A DNA stretch of 64,000 nucleotides from Clostridiales bacterium (GTDB lineage: Bacteria; Bacillota; Dehalobacteriia; UBA7702), in NCBI GenBank assembly GCA_040776805.1, contig JAXGZS010000001.1, forward strand, positions 621,206 through 685,205, read 5' to 3'. The notes under the pieces were generated by a model. It had not been told where the DNA came from and did no database searches. It saw only the letters and a program-made list of their open reading frames with translations. The position numbers were made by a program, and so were the translations under genes. Positions within the stretch are counted from its first letter, which is position 1; each line of letters opens with the position of its first letter. Of this stretch, positions 45,790 to 56,934 are shown one piece after another.

Positions 45790-46851
45790 TTGCCGATACA
45801 AGACGATCGAATCATCAGCTCCTCCTTAAAACAGGAGGATGCGGCCACGGAAGCCGGTATCCGGCCCATGACCCTCGCGGAATATACGGGACAGGACAAG
45901 GTCAAAGAAAATATGGCGATCTTCATTGAGGCTGCCAAAAATAGAGGCAACGCCCTGGATCACGTTCTTTTATATGGCCCCCCGGGATTGGGCAAAACGA
46001 CTTTGGCCAATATCATCGCCAACGAGATGAATGTGCACATCCGCACCACGGCAGGGCCCGCCATTGAGCGGGCAGGGGATTTGGCGGCGATTTTGACTTC
46101 GCTGGAACCCCACGACGTGCTGTTTGTCGATGAAATCCACCGCTTAAGCCGCACCGTGGAGGAGATTCTCTATCCGGCCATGGAGGATTTCTGTATCGAT
46201 ATCGTGATTGGCAAAGGCCCCGCCGCCCGCACCATGCGTTTGGACATTCCCCCCTTTACTTTGGTGGGAGCCACCACCAGGGCGGGGATGCTCTCGTCTC
46301 CTTTGAGAGACCGCTTTGGCGTCATCAGCCGCCTGGACTATTATGAAATCAAGGATCTCATCACCATTTTAAAACGAGCGGCGGTAATTTTAAACGTACC
46401 TCTTTCCCAGGAAGGCGCCGCGGAAATCGCCCGGCGTTCCCGGGGCACGCCGAGAATCGCCAACCGCCTGTTGCGCCGCATCCGCGATTACGCCGAAGTC
46501 AAAGCCGACGGTTATATCGACGAAAAAGTGGCCCTGGCCGGTCTTGATATGCTGGAAGTCGATCCTATGGGCCTTGACAGCATCGATAAAAAGGTGATTT
46601 GCGCGATCATCGAAAAATTCGACGGCGGCCCCGTGGGTCTGGAAACCATCGCCGCCACCATCAATGAAAGCGCCGACACGGTGGAAGACGTGTACGAACC
46701 CTATCTGATGCAACTGGGCTTCTTGAGCCGCACCTTAAGGGGACGCATGGCGACGCCGGCGGCCTACCGTTACCTCGGCTATCAGACGCCGGCCAATAAA
46801 GGCGGCAAGCAGGAGGGGAGCCTTTTCGGAGAGGATGAAACAACATCATGA
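45790..46851 (+). CDS. ruvB: Holliday junction DNA helicase RuvB
   Basis: AAA+ Walker A motif [11 protein letters not shown] and sensor motifs are present. Confidence 0.95.
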   Translation: MPIQDDRIISSSLKQEDAATEAGIRPMTLAEYTGQDKVKENMAIFIEAAKNRGNALDHVLLYGPPGLGKTTLANIIANEMNVHIRTTAGPAIERAGDLAAILTSLEPHDVLFVDEIHRLSRTVEEILYPAMEDFCIDIVIGKGPAARTMRLDIPPFTLVGATTRAGMLSSPLRDRFGVISRLDYYEIKDLITILKRAAVILNVPLSQEGAAEIARRSRGTPRIANRLLRRIRDYAEVKADGYIDEKVALAGLDMLEVDPMGLDSIDKKVICAIIEKFDGGPVGLETIAATINESADTVEDVYEPYLMQLGFLSRTLRGRMATPAAYRYLGYQTPANKGGKQEGSLFGEDETTS

Positions 46852-47402
46852 AGATCTTATATCACGCCTGTTGCGGCGTGTGTTCCCTCTATCCCATCAA
46901 GTTGATGCGGGAGGAGGGGATCGACTTCGCTCTTTATTACGCCAATCCCAATATCCACCCCTATCAAGAATGGAAAGAGCGGAAGAAAACTTTCGTTGCT
47001 GTGGCGGAAAGCAATCGCGTGCCTTATTTTATCGATAAAGACTACCCTCTGGAAGATTTTTTGCGGGAGCAGCTGACCTACGAAAACCGTTGTGCTTATT
47101 GTTATCAAACCAGGCTGACTTTGGCGGCGCGGAAAGCGGCAGAGGAAGGGTACGATGCCTTTTCCACCACGCTTTTGATCAGCCCCTATCAGAACAGGGA
47201 ACTGATCGTGGCCACCGGCGAAAAAATCGCCAAAGAGTACGGCTTGCGGTTTTATGACCGTGATTTTCGGGAAGGTTTTCAATACGCCCAGGATACCGCC
47301 GTGGAACAGGGTCTCTATCGGCAAAAGTACTGCGGCTGCATTTTCAGCGAACGTGACCGCCATCAAAAGCGGAAAAAGAAGGAGGTGGCAGAGGATGCGT
47401 AA
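46848..47402 (+). CDS. queH: Epoxyqueuosine reductase QueH (DUF208)
   Basis: Begins [14 protein letters not shown] with a conserved Cys pattern. It lies in the queuosine gene neighbourhood (queA, tgt). Confidence 0.8.
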   Translation: MKILYHACCGVCSLYPIKLMREEGIDFALYYANPNIHPYQEWKERKKTFVAVAESNRVPYFIDKDYPLEDFLREQLTYENRCAYCYQTRLTLAARKAAEEGYDAFSTTLLISPYQNRELIVATGEKIAKEYGLRFYDRDFREGFQYAQDTAVEQGLYRQKYCGCIFSERDRHQKRKKKEVAEDA

Positions 47403-48633
47403 ATATTACCTGCTGTCGGCCCTTGTTTTGATTCTCGGGCTGATCTTCTGCCTTGGCGGCAACGCTTTGGCCTATGACGGCTATCAAAATGCGATCCGCG
47501 TCTATTTGAATGAAACAAGTACCGCGCCCGGGGCGACGGTGACTTATGGCACGTATCAAGTATTGAACAGCGGCGGCGCCGTAACAAAGACGGTGAACGC
47601 CGGTTCTGCCGTGACTTTGGCGGCAGGAGAGAGACTTTCCTCGGTGAACGGCTACGGCAGATTCAGCTACGGCAGCTACGAATACCGCGGCGACCTTATC
47701 TATCGTGGCGGCTACGTGGTGAATACCGTCGGTCTGGAGCAGTATCTCTACAGCGTGGTGATGCTGGAAATTGGGGGTTACGCACCGGGGGACGAAGCGT
47801 TGAAGGCCCAAGCGCTGGCTTCGCGGAATTATGCCTGTCTAAAACTGAAAACACCGCGCAATGCCGCTTATTACGATATTTTAAACAGTACCTCCGATCA
47901 AGCGTACCAGGGCTATAGCGGGGAAAGCTACAGCTCTGCCGTGGCTGCTCGGGTGCGCTCTGCTGTGGACGCCACCGCCGGCCTCGTGATGTATTACGAC
48001 GGGACCCTCATCAACGCGATCTATATGGCCAACGGTGGCGGCTGCACCGAAAACGCCAATAATGTATGGGGTGGTACCTACCCCTATTTGCAGGGGATTT
48101 CCTGCCCCTGGGACGCGCTGCCCTTTGAGGGGGATGCCGGTTCCTACAAATCAATGAAAATGCCCACGGGCTATGAGTGGACGGTGACCCTGTCCTTTGC
48201 CGACCTCGCCGCGAAATTAGGCTATGGCGGCACGATTACCGATGTCACGGTGAGCCATGGAGACTGCGTTTCCGGTTACGCGAAAACGGTGACGGTAACG
48301 GGGACAGCCGGTTCCGCCTCCTATTCCGGCACGAACTTTCGCGGGAAGCTCGGCTTGAGAAGCGCCAACCTTGATCTCGTGGTGGGCAAAAGCGTCGCCG
48401 CCTATAAAACCCTTTCTCTCCAGTATGTCACATCTTCGTCTTTTGCCGCGACCTTTGCCGCTTCCGGCAAAATGATTACCATCAACGGCAGGGGTTACGG
48501 CCACAGCGTCGGCATGAGCCAGTGGAGCGCCTGCGTCATGGCGTATGAGGGGAAAGATTACCGCTATATTCTGAATTATTTTTACAATCAGAACCAAAAT
48601 AACGGCAAGCTGACCTTTGAAACATACCATTGA
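47395..48633 (+). CDS. spoIID: SpoIID/LytB-domain protein (stage II sporulation protein D-like, peptidoglycan lytic-enzyme enhancer)
   Basis: A signal/anchor is present, with SpoIID-domain motifs (LEQYLYSVVMLEIGGYAPGDEALKAQALASRNYA, LINAIYMANGGGCTEN). Confidence 0.8.
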   Translation: MRKYYLLSALVLILGLIFCLGGNALAYDGYQNAIRVYLNETSTAPGATVTYGTYQVLNSGGAVTKTVNAGSAVTLAAGERLSSVNGYGRFSYGSYEYRGDLIYRGGYVVNTVGLEQYLYSVVMLEIGGYAPGDEALKAQALASRNYACLKLKTPRNAAYYDILNSTSDQAYQGYSGESYSSAVAARVRSAVDATAGLVMYYDGTLINAIYMANGGGCTENANNVWGGTYPYLQGISCPWDALPFEGDAGSYKSMKMPTGYEWTVTLSFADLAAKLGYGGTITDVTVSHGDCVSGYAKTVTVTGTAGSASYSGTNFRGKLGLRSANLDLVVGKSVAAYKTLSLQYVTSSSFAATFAASGKMITINGRGYGHSVGMSQWSACVMAYEGKDYRYILNYFYNQNQNNGKLTFETYH

Positions 48634-48655
48634 AAGCGGGAAAGACTGATAAATC

Positions 48656-49678
48656 ATGAGATTAGAAGAATTTGATTACCACTTGCCCAAGGAGCTGATT
48701 GCCCAGTGTCCCGCGGCAAATCGCGATAAAAGCCGGCTGCTTCATGTTTCTCTAACGGACGATAGGTTAGAGGACCGTGTTTTTTCCGATATTGTCGATT
48801 ACCTTGATGAAAAAGACGTTCTGGTTCTCAACGAAACAAAGGTGATACCCGCCCGGCTCTTCGGATACAAGGAAACCGGCGCCAAAGTCGAGCTATTCCT
48901 GTTAAAACGGCTTCACGGCAACACCTGGGAAACCCTGGTGAAACCGGGCCGCAAGATCCACGTCGGCGACACCATTCTTTTTTCCGTGCCGGAAATCAAG
49001 GCGGAGATTGTGGATAAAACGGCCAGCGGCGGCAGAGTCGTCACCTTCGTCTATGACGGCATTTGGGAGGAGCTTTTGGATCGCGTCGGCACCATGCCGC
49101 TGCCCCCTTATATCAAGGAGTATTGCGGCGACCCGGAACGCTATCAGACGGTTTACGCCGAAATCCCCGGCTCCGTGGCGGCGCCCACGGCGGGGCTGCA
49201 CTTTACGGCGGAGCTTTTAAAGCAGATCGAAGCCAAAGGCGTGAAGATTGTCAAGGTCAATCTAAACGTTGGCTTGGGGACCTTTCGTCCCCTAGAAGAA
49301 GAGTATATCGAAGACCATAAAATGCACGAAGAATATTACGAGGTGAGCGAGGAAGCCGCCGCCACCGTCAACGCGGCGCGTAGCGCCGGGGGGCGGGTGA
49401 TCGCCGTGGGTACGACGTCTACTCGAACGTTGGAAACCGTTGCCGATGAAAACGGCATGCTAAGAGCGGCAGCGGGCTGGACGAATGCTTATATTTACCC
49501 CGGCTACCGCTTTAAAATCGTCGATGGCTTGATCACCAATTTTCATCTCCCCAAAAGCAGCCTTTTGCTGCTGGTTTCCGCTTTGGCGGGGAGGGACAAG
49601 ATTTTTCGCGGTTACGAACACGCCGTCGCCGAAAAATACCGCTTCTTCAGCTTCGGCGACGCGATGCTGATCCTATAA
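48656..49678 (+). CDS. queA: S-adenosylmethionine:tRNA ribosyltransferase-isomerase
   Basis: MRLEEFDYHLPKELIAQ is the canonical QueA N-terminus. 340 aa. Confidence 0.95.
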   Translation: MRLEEFDYHLPKELIAQCPAANRDKSRLLHVSLTDDRLEDRVFSDIVDYLDEKDVLVLNETKVIPARLFGYKETGAKVELFLLKRLHGNTWETLVKPGRKIHVGDTILFSVPEIKAEIVDKTASGGRVVTFVYDGIWEELLDRVGTMPLPPYIKEYCGDPERYQTVYAEIPGSVAAPTAGLHFTAELLKQIEAKGVKIVKVNLNVGLGTFRPLEEEYIEDHKMHEEYYEVSEEAAATVNAARSAGGRVIAVGTTSTRTLETVADENGMLRAAAGWTNAYIYPGYRFKIVDGLITNFHLPKSSLLLLVSALAGRDKIFRGYEHAVAEKYRFFSFGDAMLIL

Positions 49679-50797
<1,119 letters not shown>

Positions 50798-50869
50798 TTA
50801 CGATAAATAACTGGACAAGAACCGTAAAATCTAATATAATAGATGTTATCTAAGTAGCAAAGGAGTGTT

Positions 50870-51139
50870 TTGCCGGTGTCAAACAGTGTACTCTGGACAG
50901 TCGTCTATATGGTGGCAATCGTTGCGATCATTTATCTTTTGATCATTCGCCCCCAAAAAAAGAGACAGAAAGATCATGAGAAACTGATCAATGAGATTTC
51001 ACTAGGTGTTGAAATCGTCACGATTGGCGGTATTCATGGTGAAGTTACCCGCATCAAGGATGATACGCTTTGGATCAAAGTCAGCAATAATGTTGAAATA
51101 GAAATCGAAAAAAGCGCTGTTAACAGATGTGTGAACTAA
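50870..51139 (+). CDS. yajC: Preprotein translocase subunit YajC
   Basis: A single TM helix is followed by the conserved RPQKKRQKDHEKL region. It precedes secD/secF. Confidence 0.85.
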   Translation: MPVSNSVLWTVVYMVAIVAIIYLLIIRPQKKRQKDHEKLINEISLGVEIVTIGGIHGEVTRIKDDTLWIKVSNNVEIEIEKSAVNRCVN

Positions 51140-51257
51140 AGATTTTTTAGGGGAAGGGAGATCTTCTCTCCCTTCCCGGATTTACAATTCGTGTGCTACG
51201 GGGCCTAAAAGGCCTTTTTATTTTGGAATAAGCAGACGCATACAAGGAGTTGAAAAA

Positions 51258-52472
51258 ATGAAATCAAACGGACGCTTAAAGCTGATGTTAATCAGCGCGT
51301 TGGTGATTTGTGCCGTTGTTCTTTCCGTCTACCTTGTGAAAGAGTTTCCCAACTTACTGAAACTTGGTCTCGATTTACAAGGCGGCGTCAGCGTGACACT
51401 TCAGGCAGAACCGGAAGACGGCAAAACCGTTTCCTCTGACGACTTGAAAAATCTTACCGATATTATGACCAAGAGGGTCGATGAGTTCGGTGTCGCCGAA
51501 CCGTTGATCCAGATCGAAGGCGACGACCGCATCATCGTGGAACTGGCGGGCCTAAGTGATATCGAAGAAGCCGTCGACATGCTCGGTACCACCGCGAAAC
51601 TGGAATTTCGGGATCCCAAGGGTAATGTGATCTTAGATGGCACCGATCTTAAAAACGCTTATGTTACCCAGAGCGGCACCGGTACTTACGAAGTTGCCTT
51701 GGAGTTTTCCTCCGCAGGGAAAGAAGCCTTTGCCAATGCCACCACTGAATTTGTAAATCAAGCGATCAGCATCGTCCTCGATGAAAAAACGATTTCGTCC
51801 CCCACGGTGAATGAGCCCATCAAAGACGGCAAAGCGGTCATCGAAGGCATCGGTGATTATGACAAATGCGCCGAACTGGCTTCCCTGCTCCGCGGCGGCG
51901 CGCTGCCGGTGGATGTGAAAATCATCGAAGAACGGGTTGTCGGTCCCCAGCTGGGTAGCGACTCCTTGCAAAAAAGCTATATCGCGATTATCTACGGCAT
52001 TGCCGCAATCTTTATTTTCATGATTATTTATTATAAACTGCCGGGTTTATTGACCTGCATATCGCTGCTCTTATATGGCATCATTGTGTTTTGGTTGCAA
52101 TGCGCGATCAATGTTACCTGGACGTTACCTGGGATCGCCGGCTTTTTGCTCTCCCTGGGGATGGCGGTGGACGCCAACATCATCATCTTTGAGCGACTGA
52201 AAGATGAATTGAGGAAAGGCAGATCCATGAGCGCCGCCATGAGCGCGGGTTTCCGCCGGGCCATGAACGCGATCATCGACTCCAACGTGACAACGCTGAT
52301 TGCCACCACCGTGCTTTTCTTCTTCGGCGTCAGCTCCATCAAAGGCTTTGCCATTACCCTCAGTATCGGTATTGTCGTCAGCATGTTTACGGCCATCGTG
52401 TTCACCCGTTACCTGCTGAAATTCTGCACCAACGATCCTCTGCTCAGCAAACGCAGTCTGTATCGGTCGTAA
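51258..52472 (+). CDS. secD: Protein translocase subunit SecD
   Basis: An N-terminal TM helix and periplasmic domain are followed by six C-terminal TM helices with SecD/SecF-family motifs. Confidence 0.9.
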   Translation: MKSNGRLKLMLISALVICAVVLSVYLVKEFPNLLKLGLDLQGGVSVTLQAEPEDGKTVSSDDLKNLTDIMTKRVDEFGVAEPLIQIEGDDRIIVELAGLSDIEEAVDMLGTTAKLEFRDPKGNVILDGTDLKNAYVTQSGTGTYEVALEFSSAGKEAFANATTEFVNQAISIVLDEKTISSPTVNEPIKDGKAVIEGIGDYDKCAELASLLRGGALPVDVKIIEERVVGPQLGSDSLQKSYIAIIYGIAAIFIFMIIYYKLPGLLTCISLLLYGIIVFWLQCAINVTWTLPGIAGFLLSLGMAVDANIIIFERLKDELRKGRSMSAAMSAGFRRAMNAIIDSNVTTLIATTVLFFFGVSSIKGFAITLSIGIVVSMFTAIVFTRYLLKFCTNDPLLSKRSLYRS

Positions 52473-52484
52473 GGGGGTAGAATA

Positions 52485-53513
52485 ATGAAACTTAAAATAA
52501 ACGATCTTCATATTATCAGTAAAAGAGGGATTTGGTACGCCTGTTCGCTGCTGATCATCTTTGGCGGTCTCGTATCCTTCTTTATACAGGGTTTTAACTT
52601 TGGCATTGATTTTACCGGCGGCTCCTATCTGCAGCTGACCTTTTATGAAAAAGCAGTTGAAGCCGGTAGTGAGGACGCCGCTTCCGCAGTAGAAGATACT
52701 GAAGGAGCAGCAACAGAGGATGAAACCGCCACTGCCGACGTTGAGGGGATCAAGGTATCCATGGAGGGTCTCCGCAGTGTCGTCAACGACTATGTCAGCC
52801 ATACGCCGACCATTCAGTATGACCAGACCAATAAAGCTTATATCATCCGCACGGATATCAACGAGAAAGAAGATGTTGATGCGCTGTTAACGGCCATTGA
52901 AACGGAAATCGGCCCCTTTGAAGTTGACCGGAATGAAGTGATTGGGCCCACCATTGGGCAGGAGTTGACGCAAAAAGCGCTTATGGCTTTGGCCATCGCG
53001 TCGGTGCTGATGCTGATTTATATCACCATTCGTTTCCAGGTGTTTTATGGAATCGCTTCCATTATCACGCTGGTTCACGATGCCTTGATTGTTTTGGCGG
53101 TGTTCAGTATTTTTCAACTGGAGATTTCCAGCTCATTCATTGCGGCGATTTTAACAGTCATCGGCTATTCGATTAACGCGACGATCATTGTTTTTGACCG
53201 GGTCAGAGAAAACAGGCCCAATTATAAACAAAACGATTTGGCAATGCTATTGAATCACAGTATCAGCCAAACCTTTGCCCGTTGTATCAATACCACCTTA
53301 ACGGTATTGATGACCTTATTCGCCTTGCTGATCTTTGGCGGTGACACGACGAAGATTTTTGTGCTAGCCATGATCATCGGCACCGCCGCCGGTCTCTATT
53401 CCAGTATCTGCCTTTCCGGTTCTCTCTACTTTGATTTACTTTCGCGTTTTGGCGGTAAAAAGAATGATGCCAAAGAGAGCGATAAAAAGCAGAAGAAGGA
53501 ACAGACCGCATAA
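52485..53513 (+). CDS. secF: Protein translocase subunit SecF (with an acidic Glu/Asp/Thr-rich insertion in the first periplasmic loop)
   Basis: FNFGIDFTGG and the C-terminal 6-TM SecF region are present. An acidic insert, AGSEDAASAVEDTEGAATEDETATAD, lies in the periplasmic loop. Confidence 0.9.
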   Translation: MKLKINDLHIISKRGIWYACSLLIIFGGLVSFFIQGFNFGIDFTGGSYLQLTFYEKAVEAGSEDAASAVEDTEGAATEDETATADVEGIKVSMEGLRSVVNDYVSHTPTIQYDQTNKAYIIRTDINEKEDVDALLTAIETEIGPFEVDRNEVIGPTIGQELTQKALMALAIASVLMLIYITIRFQVFYGIASIITLVHDALIVLAVFSIFQLEISSSFIAAILTVIGYSINATIIVFDRVRENRPNYKQNDLAMLLNHSISQTFARCINTTLTVLMTLFALLIFGGDTTKIFVLAMIIGTAAGLYSSICLSGSLYFDLLSRFGGKKNDAKESDKKQKKEQTA

Positions 53514-53533
53514 AATAATTTCATCGAATGATT

Positions 53534-53593
53534 GCGAGGGTGTCCCAAACGTTACGTTTATGCTGTGATCAGCCGGGGACACCCTCGCTTTTT
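53534..53593 (+). terminator. Rho-independent terminator after secF
   Basis: gcgagggtgtccc ... ggggacaccctcgc, followed by ttttt. Confidence 0.7.
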
Positions 53594-53670
53594 GGCTATT
53601 TTCGGAAAAACTATTCTCAAAAGCTCTTTTTTGTGCTATAATTTTAGACTATATTGGGAGGATAGGGCTT

Positions 53671-55830
53671 ATGACCACACCGCCGGAATTAAACAGCCTG
53701 AAAGATAAAATCGCGCAATACAATCCCGACTGTGATTGGGATCAGATTGTGGCGGCTTATCTTTTTGCCAGAGACGCCCACGTGGGTCAGGTGCGTCATT
53801 CCGGTGAACCCTACATCAGCCATCCTTTGGCCGTGGCCGAAATTCTCACCAGTGTCGAAGCCGACGATAAGACGATCATCGCCGGCATCCTCCACGATGT
53901 TGTCGAAGATACCGAGCATACCATTGAAGAAATCGAAACACTCTTCGACAAAGATGTCGCCGTGCTCACAGAGGGCGTGACGAAGCTGGGCCAAGTCAAA
54001 GGCCGCACCAAGTCGGAACAGAAGATGGAGAACATCCGCAAGATGATTTTTGCCATGGCCACGGATATCCGCGTGATCATCGTGAAACTGGCGGACAGGC
54101 TCCATAATATGCGGACCCTTGATTACCATACCTCTGATGTAAAGAAGCGGCAGATTGCCCAGGAAACATTGGATATCTATTCGCCCCTGGCCAATCGTTT
54201 GGGGGTTTTCCAGTTTAAATGGGAGCTGGAGGATCTGTCTTTAAAAGCCTTGGAACCGGAAAAATACGCCGCTTTGGCCAAGGAACTCGCTTCAACCCGC
54301 GCTTCCCGGCAGACGTATATTGATTCGGTGATCAAAATCCTCGGCGAGAAACTCCAGGAAGCCTATATTCATTATAGTGATATTTACGGCAGACCGAAAA
54401 ATATATACAGCATCTACAAAAAGATGCTGACCCAGAATAAGGATTTAAGCCAAATTTACGACGTTCTGGCCGTTCGCGTCATCGTCAAGACCGTCGCGGA
54501 ATGCTACGGCGTTTTAGGCATCGTGCACAGTCTTTGGGTGCCGGTACCCGGCCGCTTCAAAGACTATATCGCCATGCCTAAGCAGAACATGTATCAGTCC
54601 ATTCATACGACAGTCATCAGCCCCAACGGCAAGCCCCTGGAAGTGCAGATCCGCACGGAAGAAATGCATCAGGTGGCGGAATATGGGATTGCCGCCCACT
54701 GGCAATACAAAGAGGGGATGAGCAAGGGCCGGCAGGATCAGAAACTGAGCTGGCTCAGACAGATGTTGGACTGGCAGAAAGAAGTCAAAGACGCCGATGA
54801 ATTCATGGCGTCGATGAAATATGATCTCGAATATGAACTGGTCTACGTTTTTACCCCCAAAGGTGACGTTTACGAGTTGCCCCGAGGCTCCGTACCCCTG
54901 GATTTCGCCTATCGCGTCCATACCGAAGTGGGACATAAGGCCATCGGCGCCCGGTGCAACGGCAAAATGGTCACCTTTGATTACGTACTCCGCAACGGGG
55001 ATATTATGGAGATCATCACCTCGAAATCGGGGAAACCCAGCCGCGATTGGCTGAAAATCGTCAAAACCCCCCAGGCGAGAAATAAAATCCGCAGCTGGTT
55101 TCGGAAGGAACAGCGGGATACCAGCATCGCCAAGGGGAAAGATAGCTACGAACGGGAAGTCAGAGCCTACGGCGAGCTCATGGCCGAGTATTTAAAGGGA
55201 GATCGTTTGGCGGAGCTGGTAAAACGCTATAACTTCGCTTCCCTGGAAAATTTTTACCTGGCCATCGGCGAGAATCACCTGACGGTCAACGCCGTGATCA
55301 ACGGCATCAAAGAGGAAATCAAATACGAAGACCCGAAAAAAACCGCGCCGGAAGTAAAGCCTTTCGTGGAAAAGCGGGGGCACCACGGCATCGTGGTCAA
55401 AGGGGCCGACAATGTGATGATCAAATTCGCCCATTGCTGTAACCCTTTGCCGGGAGATCCCATCATCGGCTACATCACCAGGGGCGCTGGCATCACGGTG
55501 CACCGCAGGGATTGCGGCAATGTCAAGGGGTTCGATGAAAACCGCCTCATCGCCGTGGAATGGGAGGACGTTTACAGCACGAATTTCCAGGCGGAAATCG
55601 AGGTTCTCGCTTACGATCGGGATCATCTCACCATGGATATCATGTCGGCGATTGCCGATACGAAAACCACGATCAACGCGGTTTACGGCCGCTCCACCAA
55701 AGACGGTATGGCCGTGGTCAGCGTTAAAATGGAGGTCAAAAGCAATAGTCATTTTGACTTTATCTGTAATAAAATTCGCCGGATCAAGGACGTCGTCGAA
55801 GTGAGAAGAGTGATCCACGGCAAGCATTGA
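53671..55830 (+). CDS. relA: Bifunctional (p)ppGpp synthetase/hydrolase Rel
   Basis: HD-domain hydrolase motifs (HDVVEDT), a synthetase domain, and TGS and ACT C-terminal domains are present. 719 aa. Confidence 0.95.
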   Translation: MTTPPELNSLKDKIAQYNPDCDWDQIVAAYLFARDAHVGQVRHSGEPYISHPLAVAEILTSVEADDKTIIAGILHDVVEDTEHTIEEIETLFDKDVAVLTEGVTKLGQVKGRTKSEQKMENIRKMIFAMATDIRVIIVKLADRLHNMRTLDYHTSDVKKRQIAQETLDIYSPLANRLGVFQFKWELEDLSLKALEPEKYAALAKELASTRASRQTYIDSVIKILGEKLQEAYIHYSDIYGRPKNIYSIYKKMLTQNKDLSQIYDVLAVRVIVKTVAECYGVLGIVHSLWVPVPGRFKDYIAMPKQNMYQSIHTTVISPNGKPLEVQIRTEEMHQVAEYGIAAHWQYKEGMSKGRQDQKLSWLRQMLDWQKEVKDADEFMASMKYDLEYELVYVFTPKGDVYELPRGSVPLDFAYRVHTEVGHKAIGARCNGKMVTFDYVLRNGDIMEIITSKSGKPSRDWLKIVKTPQARNKIRSWFRKEQRDTSIAKGKDSYEREVRAYGELMAEYLKGDRLAELVKRYNFASLENFYLAIGENHLTVNAVINGIKEEIKYEDPKKTAPEVKPFVEKRGHHGIVVKGADNVMIKFAHCCNPLPGDPIIGYITRGAGITVHRRDCGNVKGFDENRLIAVEWEDVYSTNFQAEIEVLAYDRDHLTMDIMSAIADTKTTINAVYGRSTKDGMAVVSVKMEVKSNSHFDFICNKIRRIKDVVEVRRVIHGKH

Positions 55831-55841
55831 AAGGCGGCAAA

Positions 55842-56288
55842 ATGAGAGTTCTATCGCAAAGAGTGAAATCAGCGTCGGTGACCGTGGAGGGCAGTCTTAC
55901 CGGGGAAATCAGTACGGGACTTCTCCTTTATATCGGTGTCGGGGTTGATGATGGTGAAGCGGATTTATCCTTTATCGCCGGAAAAATTCCTCATTTACGG
56001 ATATTTCCTGACGAAAACGATAAAATGAATTTATCCCTGCATGATATCGGCGGCGAAATTTTAGCGGTTTCCCAGTTTACGTTGATGGGGGATTGCGCTC
56101 ACGGACGGCGTCCCGGTTTTTCCGGCGCCATGGCGCCAAAGGAAGCCAAAGAAATGTATGAGCGCTTGGTGGCGCTTTGGCGGCAACAGGGCATCCCGGT
56201 AGCTTGCGGCGTATTTCAAGGGGACATGCTGGTCGCCTCGGTGAACTGGGGCCCGGTGACATTTATGTTGGACAGTAAAGTAAGGTAA
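55842..56288 (+). CDS. dtd: D-aminoacyl-tRNA deacylase
   Basis: MRVLSQRVK at the N-terminus, with the SQFTLMGD motif. Confidence 0.9.
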   Translation: MRVLSQRVKSASVTVEGSLTGEISTGLLLYIGVGVDDGEADLSFIAGKIPHLRIFPDENDKMNLSLHDIGGEILAVSQFTLMGDCAHGRRPGFSGAMAPKEAKEMYERLVALWRQQGIPVACGVFQGDMLVASVNWGPVTFMLDSKVR

Positions 56289-56305
56289 AGAGAGCGGAGG
56301 CAACC

Positions 56306-56926
56306 ATGGAAATAGTTCGAATCGAAGTCATGCCCATCGGCACCAACTGCTATATTGTTTATGATCAAGAGACGAAAGAGGGCATCGTCATTGATCCCGG
56401 CGGCAGCCCGGAGCTGATCGAGAAAGCCCTGGATCAGCTCGCCGTGAAGATCAGGGTCATCATCAATACCCATGGTCACTGGGATCACATCAGCGCCAAC
56501 CGGGCGATCAAGGAAAAAACCGGTGCGCCGGTTTACATTCACGGGGCGGATCAAAGCTATCTTACCGACCCCAACTATAATATGAGCTGCATCATGGGGA
56601 CAAAGACGGCGACAGACCCCGCCGACGGCCTGCTGAACGAAGGCGATCAGGTCTGTTTCGGCAACTGTACCTTAAAAGTACTTCATACGCCAGGGCATAC
56701 CCCGGGGGGAATCTCCCTTTACGGTCACGGCGCGGTCTTTTGCGGGGATACGCTGTTTTACCGTTCCATCGGCAGAACGGATCTGCCCGGCGGCAATTAC
56801 CAACAATTGACGGAAAGCATCAGGGAAAAGCTCTTTTCCTTGCCGGAGGAGACCACGGTTTGCTCCGGTCACGGCAGCATGAGCCGGATCGGCGAAGAGA
56901 AGAGCGGCAACCCCTTTGTACGATAG
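56306..56926 (+). CDS. MBL-fold metallo-hydrolase (glyoxalase II-like)
   Basis: THGHWDHI metal-binding motif (HxHxDH). 206 aa. Confidence 0.85.
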   Translation: MEIVRIEVMPIGTNCYIVYDQETKEGIVIDPGGSPELIEKALDQLAVKIRVIINTHGHWDHISANRAIKEKTGAPVYIHGADQSYLTDPNYNMSCIMGTKTATDPADGLLNEGDQVCFGNCTLKVLHTPGHTPGGISLYGHGAVFCGDTLFYRSIGRTDLPGGNYQQLTESIREKLFSLPEETTVCSGHGSMSRIGEEKSGNPFVR

Positions 56927-56934
56927 GAGGAAAA

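Noticed and set aside
51149-51185. GC-rich hairpin ggggaagggagatcttctctcccttcccc after yajC as terminator
   Set aside because: The stem is perfect but is followed by ggatttacaattcg rather than a U-tract. It may still be a weak or Rho-assisted terminator, so it is not listed as a feature.
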